In this document: positions 34,276-45,127 of the stretch, one piece after another
Layout of the letters: each line of letters begins with the position of its first letter
Position numbering within the stretch: position 1 is the stretch's first letter
Source of the DNA: Vicinamibacteria bacterium
GTDB taxonomy: Bacteria > Acidobacteriota > Vicinamibacteria > Vicinamibacterales > JAENWD01
Direction: 5' to 3'
Assembly: GCA_963818215.1 (NCBI GenBank)
Contig: CAWFRL010000001.1
Location: 163,151 to 227,150 of the forward strand
Length of the DNA stretch: 64,000 nucleotides
The notes under the pieces: generated by a model
Databases searched by the model: none
What the model was told of the DNA's origin: nothing
The model's input: only the letters and a program-made list of their open reading frames with translations
Made by a program: the position numbers and the translations under genes

Positions 34276-35025
34276 ATTCGGGTGCCGCTTGCCGATGAAG
34301 GCGTCGTACACGAACCCGCCCAGCGGGCCGCCAATCATCGGCCCGACAATGGGCACCCACCACCAGCCGTTACCTGCATTGAACACCTCGCCGCCCCATC
34401 CGGCAAGCGCGGTGAACAGGCGCGGCCCGAAGTCCCGCGCCGGGTTGATGGCGTAGCCGGCGTTGAGGCCGTACGTCATGCCGATTGCCGCGACCAGCAG
34501 GCCGACGACGATGGGCCCGAGGTTGGACTGCGGGGGCATGTTGCGCGAGTCGGAGAGCGCAAAGATCACCAGTACCAGGGCCGCGGTGCCGACAATCTGA
34601 TCGATCAGCCCTCCCAGCGTCGACAGCCACGGCTGTGGATAGGTCGCCCAGATGCCGGCGGTGCCGAGGGCACCGGTCACCTGCCGCGCGCCGCCGTCGA
34701 AATGCGCGAGTGCGTCGACGTACGTCAGGTAGACGACCGCGGACGCCACAAACGCGCCGGCCATCTGCGCGCCGATGTACGGCCCGACCTTGGACCACGG
34801 AAACCCGCGCCAGGCCGCCAGCGCGACCGTGACAGCCGGATTGAGGTGCGCACCCGACACGCCGGCCGATACATAGACACCCAGGGTGACGGCGAGGCCC
34901 CAGGCCAGGTTGATGGACAGGTACTGGCCGTTGGCGCCGCCGCCGAGCGTGACCTGGGCGACCACGCCCACGCCAAACAGGATCAGCACGAACGTCCCCA
35001 GAAACTCCGCCAGCGCTTCCCGCAT
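34267..35025 (-). CDS. glpF: MIP-family channel, aquaglyceroporin type
   Basis: MREALAEFLGTFVLILFG, GVSGAHLNPAVTVA and AINPARDFGPRL (two NPA boxes; the NPARD form is typical of GlpF-like channels). Intact 252 codons inside ORF 34267..35664. Confidence 0.85.
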   Translation of the reverse strand: MREALAEFLGTFVLILFGVGVVAQVTLGGGANGQYLSINLAWGLAVTLGVYVSAGVSGAHLNPAVTVALAAWRGFPWSKVGPYIGAQMAGAFVASAVVYLTYVDALAHFDGGARQVTGALGTAGIWATYPQPWLSTLGGLIDQIVGTAALVLVIFALSDSRNMPPQSNLGPIVVGLLVAAIGMTYGLNAGYAINPARDFGPRLFTALAGWGGEVFNAGNGWWWVPIVGPMIGGPLGGFVYDAFIGKRHPNAG

Positions 35026-35047
35026 GGTTGACGTCACTTCGGCTCCC

Positions 35048-35651
35048 TCATGGATAGAGCAGTTCGGTCCGCCAACGGTCGCCGTCGCGGATGTAGAGAA
35101 TGCGGTCGTGCAGGCGATACGTGCCGGCACGCCAGAACTCCATGCGCTGAGGCGCCAGGCGGAAGCCGCCCCAGAAGGGCGGCCGCGGGATGCTGCGCCC
35201 TTCGTACTCCGCGTCCACCGCGTGGTAGCGCGCTTCGAGATCGGCCCGCGACGACAGCGCCTCGCTCTGGGCCGAGGCCCAGGCTCCCACCTGGCTTCCG
35301 CGGGGGCGGCCCGCGAAGTACTCGTCGGACTCGTCGAGGGTCGGCGGCGGTGACCGGGCCTTCGATTCGCGCCTGTTCGTCGAGCCACGGCCAGTAGGCG
35401 CAGATCGCGGCGTGCGGGTTCGCCAGCAACTCGCGGCCCTTGCGCGACTGGTAGTTGGTGAAAAAGCCGAAGCCTCTGGCGTCGACTCGCCGCAGCAGGA
35501 CGACGCGCGCCGAGGGGCGACCGTCTGGCGACGCCGTTGCCAGGGTCACGGCAACCGGATCGAATGGCGCGTTGCTCGCGGCGCGGGCAAACAGTTCCTG
35601 AAAACGCGCGATCGGGTCGGCGGGATCCGGCACGGAACGAATGTATATCAC
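35048..35651 (-). CDS. pdxH: pyridoxamine 5'-phosphate oxidase, frame broken near 35340
   Basis: GTG 35651: ADPIARFQELFARA, RVVLLRRVDARGFGFFTNYQSRKGREL, then ORF 35048..35290: RPPFWGGFRLAPQRMEFWRAGTYRLHDRILY. Confidence 0.85.
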
Positions 35652-35727
35652 GGCGGTGCGGCAACCGGTCCAGTGGTCAGATTGGTCGCAGATCTCACTC
35701 GAACGAGCGGCACTACGCGTGACCAGA

Positions 35728-36240
35728 TCACCCCGTGCTGCTGGCCATGTTCTGGCGCTGGCGCGCCAGCATCACGATCAGGGCCACCGGGTAGGTCGCC
35801 ACGCCAAGCAGGATCGCGCCTACGGTCGGCCCGACGATGAACGGCACCACCCATGGGCGCACGAGCCCGAACAGGTGGCGGAGAAACGCCCACGACAACA
35901 CGGACTGGCTGAAGAGCGAGACGAACTCGCCGCGCAGGTCGGCCGGCAGCGGCACGCCGAGCAGCGCGCCGGCTATCGCGGTCGTCGCCGTGTACCACGG
36001 CACCATGATCCACGGCAGGTTGATGCACAGACCTGCCAGGACCAGCAGCTTGTTGAGGCGAAAAACGACCGCCACCAGGAAGGCAACGACGTACTGGACG
36101 ATGAAGAAGGGCGAGAACCCCGCGGTGATGCCCCACGCAAACGCGGCCGCCAGGCGCGGCGGCGTGTCGTCGAGCCGCAGCACCTTGTCCGCCCAGCGAT
36201 AGAGCGTGTCCAGCGTGGCTTCAAACGCCATGACGATCAC
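35728..36240 (-). CDS. DUF2062-family membrane protein
   Basis: PPRLAAAFAWGITAGFSPFFIVQYVVAFLVAVVFRLNKLLVLAGLCINLPWIMVPWY. Intact frame. Confidence 0.6.
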   Translation of the reverse strand: MIVMAFEATLDTLYRWADKVLRLDDTPPRLAAAFAWGITAGFSPFFIVQYVVAFLVAVVFRLNKLLVLAGLCINLPWIMVPWYTATTAIAGALLGVPLPADLRGEFVSLFSQSVLSWAFLRHLFGLVRPWVVPFIVGPTVGAILLGVATYPVALIVMLARQRQNMASSTG

Positions 36241-36287
36241 CAGTATAGAGGACGGCGCCAGGATGACAGACCACTTCGATTCGGGGC

Positions 36288-36316
36288 TTGACAGCCGCCA
36301 ACCTGACCTCTAATCC
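36288..36316 (+). promoter_or_regulatory. candidate sigma70-type promoter, possibly giving a leaderless ATP-grasp mRNA
   Basis: TTGACA (36288-36293), 17-nt spacer, TAATCC (36311-36316). The ATG at 36323 lies 6 nt after the -10 box, where a transcript would be expected to start. Confidence 0.35.
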
Positions 36317-37801
36317 TTGCCCATGGCGGTTGCCCCAGGGGCCGGACCCGGCGCGCTCACCCAACTGGCGCCCTTCCGGACGTACCACCTGGACGCGGCG
36401 CACGACGAGATGTTTGACGGGCACGGCCTGCCCCGTCCGCACTACGCCGCCTTGTTCGAGCGCCTGCTGACGCTCGATCCCCAGGAACTGAAGCAGCGCC
36501 AGAACGCGGCCGACCTCGCCTTTCTGCATCAAGGCATCACCTTCACCGTCTACGGCCAGAAGGACGGCACCGAGCGCATCTTCCCCTACGACTTGATCCC
36601 CCGCATCCTCACGGCGGGCGAATGGGAGGTCATCGAACGCGGGCTGACCCAGCGCCTCACCGCGTTGAACCTGTTCCTGAAGGACATCTACAACGAGGGG
36701 CGGATCCTCGCCGAAGGCGTGGTCCCGCGCGCCATCGTCTACAGCTGCAGGCATTTCCGGCGGGAAATGCAGGGCGTCTCGGTGCGCCGGGACACCTATG
36801 TCTCTGTGGCCGGCACCGACCTGGTGCGGCTGCCCGACGGCGGCTTCGCGGTGCTCGAAGACAACCTGCGCGTGCCAAGCGGCGTGAGCTACATGCTGAC
36901 CAACCGCCAGGTGATCAAGCGGGTGTTCCCGCTGCTCTTCAGCAGCTACGACGTGCGGCCGGTCGATCAATACGGCCAGGCGCTGCTGGCGACGTTGCGC
37001 GCCCTCGCTCCGCCCCACCGCCCCGATCCGACCATCGTGCTGCTCACGCCGGGTGTCTTCAACTCGGCGTACTTCGAGCACACGTTCCTCGCGCGCCAGA
37101 TGGGCATCGAGCTTGTCGAGGGACGCGACCTGTTCGTCCACGACAACATCGTCTACATGCGGACCACCGGCGGCCCGCGGCGCGTGGACGTGATCTACCG
37201 CCGGGTCGACGATGACTTCATCGACCCGCTCGCGTTCCGGCAGGACTCGACGCTCGGCGTGGCGGGGCTGTTCAACGCCTACCGCGCCGGCAACGTCGCC
37301 ATCACCAACGCCATCGGCACCGGCGTGGCCGACGACAAGGCGCTCTACTCGTACGTCCCGGCAATCATCAAGTTCTATCTGGCCGAAGAGCCCATCCTGC
37401 CGAATATCCCGACCTGGCTCCTCGAAAACGACACCGACCGGGCGTTCGTGCTCGAGCATCTCGACGAGGTCGTGGTCAAGGCCGTCGGCGAATCCGGCGG
37501 CTACGGCATGCTCATCGGGCCGCACAGCACCGCGGCCGAGCGCGAGGAGTTCCGCGTCCGCATCCTGGCCGACCCGCGCAACTACATCGCCCAGCCGACG
37601 CTGGCTCTGTCGCGCGCGCCCTGCTTCATGGAGGGGCGAATCGAATCGCGGCACGTGGACCTTCGCCCGTATGTGCTGTTCGGCGACAAGGTCACGATCG
37701 TGCCTGGAGGACTGACGCGCGTCGCCCTGCGAAAGGGCTCGCTGGTCGTCAACTCGTCGCAGGGTGGCGGGAGCAAGGACACGTGGGTACTGAACAGCTG
37801 A
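36317..37801 (+). CDS. circularly permuted type-2 ATP-grasp protein
   Basis: Intact 494-codon [94 protein letters not shown]. Start is the TTG at 36317 or more likely the ATG at 36323. Confidence 0.8.
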   Translation: MPMAVAPGAGPGALTQLAPFRTYHLDAAHDEMFDGHGLPRPHYAALFERLLTLDPQELKQRQNAADLAFLHQGITFTVYGQKDGTERIFPYDLIPRILTAGEWEVIERGLTQRLTALNLFLKDIYNEGRILAEGVVPRAIVYSCRHFRREMQGVSVRRDTYVSVAGTDLVRLPDGGFAVLEDNLRVPSGVSYMLTNRQVIKRVFPLLFSSYDVRPVDQYGQALLATLRALAPPHRPDPTIVLLTPGVFNSAYFEHTFLARQMGIELVEGRDLFVHDNIVYMRTTGGPRRVDVIYRRVDDDFIDPLAFRQDSTLGVAGLFNAYRAGNVAITNAIGTGVADDKALYSYVPAIIKFYLAEEPILPNIPTWLLENDTDRAFVLEHLDEVVVKAVGESGGYGMLIGPHSTAAEREEFRVRILADPRNYIAQPTLALSRAPCFMEGRIESRHVDLRPYVLFGDKVTIVPGGLTRVALRKGSLVVNSSQGGGSKDTWVLNS

Positions 37802-37930
37802 CGCTGCACAGTGCGGAGTGCCAGGTGCACAGTGCCGGGTGCGGTGCCGAGTGCCGCGTGCCGGGTGCAGCATCCGTACCTAGCACCGTGCATCGCACCA
37901 GGCACTCAGCACGGCACGAGGCACAGGTCC
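37802..37930. repeat. inverted pair of about 7-nt arrays (GTGCC units, then GGCAC units)
   Basis: Left half agtgcggagtgccaggtgcacagtgccgggtgcggtgccgagtgccgcgtgccgggtgcag. Right half gcaccgtgcatcgcaccaggcactcagcacggcacgaggcacagg. Fills the whole ATP-grasp / alpha-E spacer. Confidence 0.8.
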
Positions 37931-37931
37931 C

Positions 37932-38889
37932 ATGCTGTCTAGAGTCGCCGACTCGCTGTACTGGATGAGCCGCTACCTCGAACGCGCGGAGCACACCGCG
38001 CGGCTCGTGAGCGTCAACCTGCACCTGACGCTGGACCGGACGCCGGCCGACTCGGCGCACCACTGGGGCCGGCTGCTGTCCAGTCTTCGGGTGCCCCCGC
38101 CGGCCCCGGACTCGATGACGTCGGCAGAGGACGCCGGCGGCGCGACACTGGACCTCTCCAATCGCGACGCGATTGCCGCCTCCATCGGCGCCGCGCGCGA
38201 GAACGCGCAGGCAGGTACGCGAGCAGATCAGCTCCGAGATGTGGGAGCAGATGAACCGCCTGTTCCTGGCCGTGCGCCGGGACGTGCCCGACGCGAGCTG
38301 GACCAGCCACACACACGAGTTCCTGTCGTCGGTGATGGAGGGCGTGCACCTGTTCCAGGGCATCACCGACGCGACGATGACGCACGGCGAGGGCTGGCAG
38401 TACATCGAGCTGGGCCGCTACATCGAGCGCGCCAGCGCGACGGCCGCGTTGCTCGACGTGCACTATCGCGATTTTCCCGGAGGCCGCGACCAGCCGGCCG
38501 AAGTCGGCGAGTACGTCGAGTGGGTGGCGTTGCTGCGGTCGTGCTGTGCGTTTGAAGCGTACTGCCGTCACTACACCGCGGACCTGCGGTCGATTCGCAT
38601 CGCCGAGTTCCTGATCCTGAACCCCGACTTTCCGCGCTCCATCCGCTTCGGTGCGAGCCGCATTCAGGCCTCGCTCAAGGCCATCGCCGCCCTCACGGGC
38701 CGCGGCGGACGTGCCGAGCGGCTGGCGGGACGCCTCCTGGCCTCGCTCGACTACGGGCAGGTGGACGAGATCGTCGGAGACCAGTTGCCCGGATACCTCG
38801 AGGGCATCGTCAGGCAGTCCAACCAGATCAATGCGGCCGTCTATCAGCAGTACATCGACTACCCCATCGACGCGGCGCTGTCGGCCTGA
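37932..38889 (+). CDS. alpha-E domain protein, frame broken near 38205
   Basis: [25 protein letters not shown], then ORF 38173..38889: [46 protein letters not shown]. Confidence 0.8.
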
Positions 38890-38892
38890 CCC

Positions 38893-39874
38893 ATGACCCA
38901 CTACGCGATCCGGCACGTCACGCGCTTCACCTACACCACCCCGGTCAGCGAGAGCCTGATGGAGGTGCGCATGCAGCCGCGCAGCGAGGGCGCGCAGCGT
39001 TGCCTCCGCTTCGAGCTTGGCGTTCAGCCCCGCGCACGCGTGCTCGGCTATCGCGACTATCTGGGCAACTTCATCCATCACTTCGACGTGCCGGCGCGCC
39101 ACGGCCATCTGACGCTCACGGCCAGCGCGCACGTCCAGATCGATCCGCCGCCCGCGCTCCCGGCGTCGCTGCCGGATGGGGCGTGGACCTCGGTAGATGC
39201 GTGGGCGCAGCTGGGCGAGCACTTCGACTTCCGGCATCCGAGCCGCTTTGCGGTGTGGAACGATCCGCTGCTCGACTACGCGAGGGGCCTGGGCGCGGCC
39301 GCCGAGCGCGCACACGACCCGCTGACGACGGTACGGCAGGTGATGGCGGCGGTGCACAAGGACTTCGAGTACGTGCCCAAGAGCACGCGAGTGGACTCCC
39401 CCATCGACGTCGCGCTGACCGCACGCAAGGGCGTCTGCCAGGATTTCGCTCACGTCATGATCGCCATCGTCCGCCGGCTCGGCCTGCCGGCGCGCTACGT
39501 GAGCGGCTACATCGCCCAGCGCCCCAACGGCGAACGTCCCGGACCTCACGGCGAGCGCGACGCATGCCTGGGTCGAGGTGTTGTTTCCGGAGGTGGGCTG
39601 GGTAGGGTTCGACCCGACCAACAACAGCGAGGCCGAAAGCCGCCATGTCCGCGTCGCCATCGGCCGCGACTACGCCGACGTGCCGCCCACGCGCGGCGTC
39701 TTCAAGGGCAATTCCGCCAGCCAGCTCGCCGTGTCGGTGGAGGTCACGCCCACCGCCGCGCCGGCGGCTTTCGAGCCGATGATGCCGAATCCACAGTGGG
39801 CGACCGAAGAGCTCGCGCCTCCGATGGATCCCGACTACGAGAAGCAACTGCAGTCGCAGCAGCAGCAGCAGTAA
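38893..39874 (+). CDS. transglutaminase-like cysteine peptidase-fold protein, frame broken near 39545
   Basis: MTHYAIRHVTRFTYTTPVSESLMEVRMQPR, RKGVCQDFAHVMIAIVRRLGLPARYVSGY (catalytic Cys context), then ORF 39578..39874: FPEVGWVGFDPTN. Ends in a short poly-Q. Confidence 0.8.
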
Positions 39875-39887
39875 CTGCGTACCGCAC

Positions 39888-41516
39888 CTACTCCTTCGAG
39901 GCGAGGCGCACTTCGGCGAGTGCCGGGCGGCCGGGCGTGTCGGCCTTCTTGCAGATGTCGAGCAGGCGCCGGCCGTAGCGCGCTGCAACGTCGGGCTGGC
40001 CGGCCAGAGCCGCGGCGCGACGGGCGCCATCCAGGCCACGGAAACGATTCGGCTCTTTCGCGATCGAGGCCTCATACGCCTCGAGCGCCTCGGCAGGGCG
40101 CTTCGAGGCGAGCAGCATGTCGCCCAACTGCTCGCGGGCCGGAGTGAGCGGCCCTGGCGACACCGAGCTCTTTTCGGTCGTGTCCTCGAGGTCCGCCGCG
40201 GCGCGCATGGCGGTCAATGCCTGGTCGACCTTGCCTTCCGCAAACGCAATCCACGCCTCGGCAGCGCGCCGCTGAATGTCGACCTGCTGGGCCCAATACG
40301 CATCGTTTTTCTGCAGCAACCCTTCGCGCAGCGCCGTGAGGCGCGCCACATCTTCGGTGGCTGCCGCGGGACGTCCGGCGCGCGCGGCCCCGATGGCCCG
40401 CGCAAAGTACGTCAGCGAGTCAGGGTACAGAAACGCCGTCGAGATGGGCGTCAGGGCCGCCGCTTCATCCCAGGCACCGCGCTCGAGCGCATAGCGCGCA
40501 GGAATGGCGGCGAGCGCGTAGTAACCTGCGACCGGCGGCGCCGCGTTCACCGGCGCAGCCGCGATCCGTGACGCGAGCGCGGGCACCTTCTCGACGACCT
40601 CGCGGGCGGCCCGATCCTGCCCGGTCTGCAGGTACGCGTACACCTGGTAGTCGAACGCGTGCAGCTCCTCGGCGACCGCCTTGTCGCGGCGCGCGGCCTC
40701 GGCCGAGGCCAGGTTGGTGTCGATCGAGTCCTGCCAGTACCCGACGCGCGTGAACGTGTGCGAGGGCATGTGCAGCGCATGCGGCGCCGACGGCGCGATC
40801 TTCGCGTAGCGCGTGGCGGCGTCGAGCGCCTTGGGGGCCAGCGCGGGGACGTCGTAGCTGTGAATCAGGTAGTGGGCCAGGCCCGGATGATCCGGCTGCG
40901 CCTTGAAGAGCGGCTCGAGGATCGCGCCGGCGGCCAGCTGGTTCTTGTACGTCTTGTCGCTGGGCAACGCCGTCTGGGCCAGCGCCAGCGCGTAGAACAT
41001 GGCCGCTTCGGTGTCCCCGGGGTTGGCGCGGGTCACCGCTTCCATCTGCTTTGCGTACGCGAGCGCGCGCGTGCGCTGATCGATCGTTTCGTAGTCGCGA
41101 AAGAGCTCGGCCACGGCGGTCACGTATCCCCGCTCCCGGGGTGACAGCCGGCTGGCAGCCAGGCCCTTTGCCGACGCCTCGCGGCCCGCCGCCAGCGCCT
41201 GCGGCGAGCGGAAGCCGGCAAACGGGTTGCCCCAATGGCTGAGCGCGATCCCCCAGTAGGCGATCCCGCAGCCCGCGTCCTTCCTGGTCACGTCCGTGAA
41301 CGCCTCGACGGCGGCGTGGAACCAGAACGAATGCAGCAGCGCGACGGCGCGGTCGAACGACCCGCGCACTTCGGGGGCACAGGACGTCTCGAAGTGGACC
41401 GTCCCGAGCCGCTCGGGTGGCGCGCCGGCATGTTCGTGCTGGGGCGGCGTCTGCGCGGCGCCGGGGAGCGCGGCAGACATGAGGAGCACCGCAATCAGCG
41501 GGACCATCGAACGCAT
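39888..41516 (-). CDS. secreted hypothetical protein with helical, TPR-like C-terminal repeats
   Basis: ATG 41516 preceded by GGAGG. Signal MRSMVPLIAVLLMSAALPGAAQ. Conserved-looking HYLIHSYD and HALHMPSHTF. Intact frame. No family name recalled. Confidence 0.45.
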   Translation of the reverse strand: MRSMVPLIAVLLMSAALPGAAQTPPQHEHAGAPPERLGTVHFETSCAPEVRGSFDRAVALLHSFWFHAAVEAFTDVTRKDAGCGIAYWGIALSHWGNPFAGFRSPQALAAGREASAKGLAASRLSPRERGYVTAVAELFRDYETIDQRTRALAYAKQMEAVTRANPGDTEAAMFYALALAQTALPSDKTYKNQLAAGAILEPLFKAQPDHPGLAHYLIHSYDVPALAPKALDAATRYAKIAPSAPHALHMPSHTFTRVGYWQDSIDTNLASAEAARRDKAVAEELHAFDYQVYAYLQTGQDRAAREVVEKVPALASRIAAAPVNAAPPVAGYYALAAIPARYALERGAWDEAAALTPISTAFLYPDSLTYFARAIGAARAGRPAAATEDVARLTALREGLLQKNDAYWAQQVDIQRRAAEAWIAFAEGKVDQALTAMRAAADLEDTTEKSSVSPGPLTPAREQLGDMLLASKRPAEALEAYEASIAKEPNRFRGLDGARRAAALAGQPDVAARYGRRLLDICKKADTPGRPALAEVRLASKE

Positions 41517-41547
41517 GATGCCTCCGTTTGTCGATTGGACGCGGCCG

Positions 41548-43634
41548 CTACGAGACGACCTTGAAGGCCACCAGCTGCTTGGCCTCCCCGCCCTGTCCCG
41601 TCGCGCGAAGATCGAGCAGATACTCACCGGGCGCAACGCCCGACAACGGCAGGTCCACCTGCGCGAGCCCGGTCGCATGGTCGAGCGTCACCGGCAGATC
41701 CTGCATGGCCGTGCCGATGCGATTGAGCAGCTTGGCGGTCACGGCGGGCACTTCCGTGCCGGGTCCGTAGGACTGCGTCCTGACGATGAGCCGTTCGGTC
41801 CGGCGGAATTCCCGCACGACCACCGGGACCGCGTCGGGGTCCTTCAGGATCGTCTGCGCTTCAGCGGCGGTGCGCGCGCGGAGCACACCCGGCGTGCTCA
41901 GGCCCACTTGCGGCGCCGCCAGATCCGGGATGCTGAACTCGCGGATGTCGGTGTCGAGCGTGGTCTCGGTGGCGTCGCGAATCGCGTACTTCACCTGGAC
42001 CCGGCCCGGCGGCACCTCGAAGGTCAGGCGCTGCGGGCCGCGCGCGGCCGGATTGGCGCTGGCCGATTCCGGCGTCGTCCCCCGGAAGTACGGCGAGCCG
42101 TCGACCCCGACGACGGTCAGCTGCACCTGCGCGGGCAGCTCGCCGCGGCCGCGGGCGCTGGCCACCGGCTCCCAGACGAAGGTCACCTTCGTCTTGCCGT
42201 TCTGCCCGCGCGACAGGCCAATCCAGCTGCTGATGTATTGGCCCCGCGGCGCGGTCTGCAGCGCGCCAAGCGCGGTGTCGACGTCCTTGGGCACGATGGG
42301 CTTTGGCGGCGCAAGCGCGCGCGCCGTCTCGTCAGGCGTGAGCGCCCAGTACCCTTTGCGATGACGCACCTCGACGCCCGGCCGCTTCACGCGCACCTTG
42401 ATCTGGTGGAACTTGCCGTCGCTCGGCGCCTTCTTCGAGTTGTAGCCGACCAGATAGTAGGCGCTCGAATCGCGGATGATCTGCCGCATGCCGGCGGCGA
42501 GATCGTTGCGGTTGACGATGGCCCGCCCGTCGGTTTCGTCCGCCAGCACGCGAATCGAGTCCATCGTCAGCTTCAGCATGTTGGCGTCCATCGTGAGCGG
42601 GACGGCCTCGTTGACGTCGTGCTCGAACACGGCCAGCCCGCGCGGGTCCAGCGCGTAGATGGAGACGTTGTTCTTGTTGGCCAGGTCGTAGACGTCCTTC
42701 AGATCCGAGAGCATCTCGGCCTGGCTGAAGAAGCGCTCGCGCTGCTCGGCCATGTTGTCGCCGTATCCCTCGTTGCCGGCGATGGGGTTGCCGACGCCGG
42801 GCATCGACGCGTTGGGGCTGCGGAGCTGCGCGGGCAGATAGTTCGTGTAGCCCTCGCTGACCAGGATGAGCGCCTTGCGTCCCTCGCGCAGGCCGCCCAG
42901 CTTGATGATCAGCGCCTTGATGGCGCCAAGCGATATCTGGTTGCGGATCTGCTCGACGATGCTGGCCGGGTAGTTCGCGTACTGCTCCTCGAACTGGTTC
43001 CGCGGGACGTAGTCGTACTTGCGGCCGTCGAACTGCTCGAGCGCCCGGGCAAGCGCCTCGTGGTTGCGGCCCATCACGACGCTCGCGGTGGGCGTGAGCG
43101 GGTACATCATGCCCACCATGTCCTGAGGCGCGATGGCGCGGCGGACGAAATCGGCCAGGTCGACCCGCGAGCGCATGGCGTTGCCCCGGCGCACGTGATA
43201 GTCGTCGAGGAAGAACGCGAACAGCCGCACGTCGGGCCGTTGCGCTTCCGACTCCTCGTCGTACAGGCTCCGAATGGGCCGCGCCGGCGTCGTCTCGGCG
43301 ATTTCGTCGACGCGGAACAGCTTGAAGGACTCGACGTCCTGGCGGTCTCCGTCCTCGAAGACCTCGACCTCCTCCGGCTTGAGATCGACGACCGGCTCGC
43401 CTTTCTTGTTGGTGACGATCACGTCGACGCGGACAAAGTCGATGCCGGCCTTGAACGTCGGCCGCGCCGGCTGGTCGGGGGGCGGCTGGTCGGTCGCCGG
43501 TGGCGGCTCGGCGTCTGGTCGGCGGCGTTGCGCTGTTGCTGGCGGCAGGGCTTCAGCCCTGCTCGTGAGCCTCGGCTCCGCCGATCGGGACGGCCAGCGA
43601 GAGCAGGAGGGCCACGAAGCGAGAGTCGGCGCAT
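41548..43634 (-). CDS. VWFA-related acidobacterial-domain protein, frame broken near the N-terminus (about 43560-43600)
   Basis: TFKAGIDFVRVDVIVTNKKGEPVVDLKPEEVEVFEDG, LFAFFLDDYHV, ILVSEGY, NVSIYALDPRGL, GRAIVNRNDL, YYLVGY. Signal-like SRFVALLLSLAVPIGGAEA from my own translation, ATG at 43634. Confidence 0.75.
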
Positions 43635-43846
43635 AGGTCCGCGTCTGAAGTCCGGAATCCGAGGGATCCGAAGTCCAGATCTTAGCACCCGCGCAGACGG
43701 GCACCTTCGTTTCGTTAGGACGGCCCGGCCGGGCCGAGCGCGGCCGGCCTCCAGCGTCAGTCCGGGGCGTCGAGGCACTCGATCGGCGACGATCCGGCGA
43801 CCCAGTGGCCGCATGTTTGGGCGACCCCTTTGATAGGATCGCGCGC

Positions 43847-45000
43847 ATGTCTGCGCTCACGCTGCTGTCTGACGACGAGTCGCTCTTCCACTCGAGCGTG
43901 CTCGAGTTCGCCCGCGGCGAAATCGCCCCTCACGTGCGGGAGATGGACGAGACCGCGCGCATACAGCCCGGCCTGATCGAAAAGCTGTTCGCCCTGGGCG
44001 TGATGGGCATCGAGATCCCCGAATCGCTCGGCGGCGGCGGCGCGACCTTCTTCCACTCGGTCCTGGCCGTCGAGGCGCTGGCCCGCGTGGACGCGTCGGT
44101 GGGCGTGCTGGTCGACGTCCAGAACACCCTGGTCATCAACGCGCTGGCACGCTGGGGCAGCGACGACGTCACCAGGCGGTACCTGCCCAGGCTCGCGACG
44201 AGCACCGTGGGCGCGTACGCGCTGTCGGAAGCAGGATCGGGCAGCGACGCCTTCGCGCTGGCCACGCGCGCGTCGGCGACGTCGGACGGCTTTTCGCTCA
44301 CCGGCCGCAAGCTCTGGATCACCAACGCCAACGAAGCCGACCTGTTCATCGTCTTTGCCACGGTCAACCCCGACGCCGGCTACAAGGGAATCACGGCGTT
44401 CCTGGTCGAGCGCGGCACGCCTGGCTTTTCGGTCGGCAAGAAGGAAGACAAGCTCGGCATCCGCGCCAGCTCAACTTGCGAGCTGCTGTTCGAGGACGTC
44501 CGCGTGCCGCACGCCAACGTGCTTGGCGAGGTCGGCAAGGGCTACAAGGTCGCCATCGAGACGCTGAACGAAGGCCGCATCGGCATCGGCGCGCAGATGC
44601 TGGGCATCGCGCAGGCGGCACTGGACCACGCGGTGCGCTACACGAAGGAGCGCAAGCAGTTCGGCAAGGCGATCGCCGACTTCCAGGGCGTGCAGTTTCA
44701 ACTGGCCCGTGCGGCCACCGATGTCGAGGCCGCGCGCCTGCTCGTCTACAACGCCGCGCGGTTGCGCGATGCGGGCCGCCCGTTCCTCACCGAGGCGGCG
44801 ATGTGCAAGCTGCACGCGTCGGAAGCCGCCGAGCGCGTGGCCAGCCTGGCGGTGAACCTGTTCGGGGGCTACGGCTTCGTGAAGGACTACCCGGTCGAGA
44901 AACTGTACCGCGACGCCAAGATCGGCCAGATTTACGAGGGCACCTCGAACCTGCAGCTGCAGACGATCGCCAGGCAGATCCTGAGCTATCGCCAGCCAGG
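43847..45000 (+). CDS. acyl-CoA dehydrogenase; 3' end uncertain (no in-frame stop until 45301)
   Basis: MSALTLLSDDESLFHSSVLEFARGEIAP, GAYALSEAGSGSDAF, KLWITNA, FGKAIADFQGVQFQLA, YRDAKIGQIYEGTSNLQLQTIARQIL. The homologous region ends near 44985. Confidence 0.85.
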
Positions 45001-45127
45001 CGCTGTCGCAGTGAATGCGACTGCTATCGCGCGCTCGGCGCGGTCGTACGTAGCCAGATCGCCTGGAAGCTGCGTGACGCGGTCGACGACGACGCGGTCG
45101 GTTGCAGTCGAGACGGTGTCGAGTCCG

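Noticed and set aside
39841-39874. Poly-glutamine tail (QLQSQQQQQ) of the transglutaminase-like protein as a functional repeat
   Set aside because: It is only a short CAG run at the extreme C-terminus, beyond the conserved domain. This is likely a trivial low-complexity tail.
41296-43833. 845-aa plus-strand ORF, and similar long ORFs at 48277..50118 (+), 36221..37873 (-), 38014..39660 (-), 11526..13025 (+), 24447..25805 (+) and 31495..33030 (+)
   Set aside because: Each lies antisense to a gene with strong family-typical sequence (VWA protein, rpsA, ATP-grasp, alpha-E/transglutaminase and others). Their translations are Arg/Ala/Gly/Pro/His-rich low-complexity strings. These are typical shadow ORFs of a high-GC genome.
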